A stretch of DNA of 64,000 nucleotides from the NCBI RefSeq assembly GCF_003704095.1, contig NW_020847681.1, forward strand, positions 124,001 to 188,000, written 5' to 3'. A program made the translations under genes and the position numbers. This document shows, piece after piece, positions 62,352 through 64,000 of the stretch (position 1 is its first letter; every line of letters starts with the position of its first letter). The notes under the pieces were generated by a model. The model did not search any database. It was not told the DNA's origin and was given only the letters and a program-made list of their open reading frames with translations. Origin of the DNA: Pocillopora damicornis (lineage: Eukaryota).

Positions 62352-64000
62352 TTACTTTTTTTCTTTTGTGTGATTCAATAGCAAGCCACGGAAACAAGGA
62401 CAATTAAATGTAGCAACCGTGTTTACCAATCTGCTTGGCCCATCGACGGCTGTTTCCGAAGATGTGCTGTTCAACACACCTTGTTGTCTTTCTGTCCCAC
62501 AGTCAAAAGCATGTGCACCAGACGCAGAAGATGAATGGTCCTCTGTGATCTGCTGTGTTTTTTTGAGACCTGTTTTGCTGTAGACTAGCTTTTTTTCAGG
62601 TATTACAGTGACTGTACAAAGCTTGTCACATTCCGATAGGATTACCTTCCTTATTTCATTGCACTGCGTAATGATGTCAATGTTCTCTTGTGATTTCACC
62701 ATATTTCTAATACAGATCATGTCAACACAGTTTCCAGCAAGTTTTAGTCCTCCATTAATTCGACATTGATCGAAATCCAAATTACTAACTTCATCTGCTG
62801 TAAATTCTACTCTAGCGAAGTTGCATTGTTTAGCGCACACAGTATGTATTTTAGCATCGGCTGACACTCGCACTACATGACAAGGCATGTCGAGTTTCTT
62901 TTTCCCTATATTGAGTAGAAGATGCACAACAGACCCACATTTTATCTCGATTGATTTGACTTGCGGTAGGGATATATACGCATCAAGGAGAACGTTACAT
63001 CGAATATCCACGCAGCACTCTTGGTGTATAGAACCAGAGAACTCTCTGTCTGGGGCGTGATAGTTACACATAAATGACCTTAGTGTTGGACAGTGTACTT
63101 GCATGGTTTGCACTTTGCTAAAATCGGTTATCCACAGACACAGATCTGTCAAAACTCTACTGATTTCCACTTGGGAAACTTGAAAATCTACCAGACGTCC
63201 CCTGATAGTACAATGTTCAATTCTTCTGTTCATCTGCAGAAGTTTGTCGATCGTCTTTGGTGTAAGTGATTCGCAATTCGCAACCTCAAAAAGTTTTAAA
63301 GTTATAGATGTAACATGCAATGACCGCAGGTTGGCAAGATAGTTCAGGGACAAGTGCTCTAGCATGGAAGACACCACCTGAAGGGATTTCAAGTTGGAAC
63401 ATCTATTAATTCTCAGCCGCCTCAACTTCGGCATGGAACACTTCAAACGCACTATGTTTTTGGCCGGTAGACCATCCAACTCGAAATATTGCAGGGTTTT
63501 TGATTCAAGATATTGATAGCCTGTAATACAGCGGTGAATGTCAAGAAAGCAAAGTTTCAAATCCCTCAGTGATCGGAGAACTTTAAGTAAGAGTCTGAGC
63601 TCCTTGTGACCGATGGAAATGTAGCGAAGGTCTAGTTTTGTGATTATTGAAATGTAACTTGAAGATAACAAACACTTCATTAATTTCATAGTGTATCGAT
63701 TCAAAGGAATATTTGCTTCACTGCTGTTATATGCAGATATTTGCAATTCTTTGAGATTACCGAGAGCGTTTAAAAATTCCATTAGAGCGCTATCTGTCAA
63801 CCGGAGCATGTTGATAGACAGCTTCAAAACTTCCAGTTTTGTACATCGTGCTCTGACTTGTTTAAGATGTCTTTGGTTGATCAGTGACACCGGCTGTGTG
63901 TAGTTTTGCGTCCACTGAATGTCTGACAAATCCCAGAAGCCGTAAAGATTAAGTTCTTTTAAGTTTTCGGCGCTTCGGAAAGTTGTAAATTGTCCTAGGT
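62352..64000 (-). CDS. Leucine-rich-repeat protein (F-box/LRR, AMN1-type repeats), 5'-truncated at the window edge
   Basis: The long ORF stays open to the window end (LGQFTTFRSAENLKELNLYGFWDLSDIQ...). LRR units such as CTKLEVLKLS, LGNLKELQIS, MPKLRRLRINRCSNLKSL and CPTLRSF. The F-box itself is not visible in the window. Confidence 0.75.
   Translation of the reverse strand, partial: LGQFTTFRSAENLKELNLYGFWDLSDIQWTQNYTQPVSLINQRHLKQVRARCTKLEVLKLSINMLRLTDSALMEFLNALGNLKELQISAYNSSEANIPLNRYTMKLMKCLLSSSYISIITKLDLRYISIGHKELRLLLKVLRSLRDLKLCFLDIHRCITGYQYLESKTLQYFELDGLPAKNIVRLKCSMPKLRRLRINRCSNLKSLQVVSSMLEHLSLNYLANLRSLHVTSITLKLFEVANCESLTPKTIDKLLQMNRRIEHCTIRGRLVDFQVSQVEISRVLTDLCLWITDFSKVQTMQVHCPTLRSFMCNYHAPDREFSGSIHQECCVDIRCNVLLDAYISLPQVKSIEIKCGSVVHLLLNIGKKKLDMPCHVVRVSADAKIHTVCAKQCNFARVEFTADEVSNLDFDQCRINGGLKLAGNCVDMICIRNMVKSQENIDIITQCNEIRKVILSECDKLCTVTVIPEKKLVYSKTGLKKTQQITEDHSSSASGAHAFDCGTERQQGVLNSTSSETAVDGPSRLVNTVATFNCPCFRGLLLNHTKEKK

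Overview
AT-rich, intron-rich animal genomic DNA with three assembly gaps, most likely a stony coral (inferred from gene and repeat content). Genes: (1) a 5'-truncated focadhesin (FOCAD) ortholog on +, 42 exons traced from 676 to 25318; (2) a convergent two-exon His/Arg-rich CCDC190-like gene on -; (3) a neuropeptide precursor at 35855-36589 with ten copies of CPPGVWGC, apparently a disulfide-cyclised, non-amidated relative of the GLWamides, plus an embedded amphipathic cationic peptide; (4) a 9-exon C18orf54/LAS2-like gene on -; (5) two divergently transcribed, paralogous two-exon 71-aa secreted peptide precursors (53523-54112 -, 60752-61233 +), both missed by the ORF track, each with a signal peptide, a short variable amidatable peptide and a conserved Y[KR]R-[ST]LCxAARxLxC module; (6) a 5'-truncated LRR gene at the right edge. 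Introns and intergenic DNA hold minisatellites, a tRNA-derived SINE-like repeat, a Crypton/DUF3504 relic, Penelope-like fragments with two minimal hammerhead ribozyme motifs, a palindromic MITE, and a two-block repeat that brackets the neuropeptide gene. Homology calls come from remembered motifs, not database searches.
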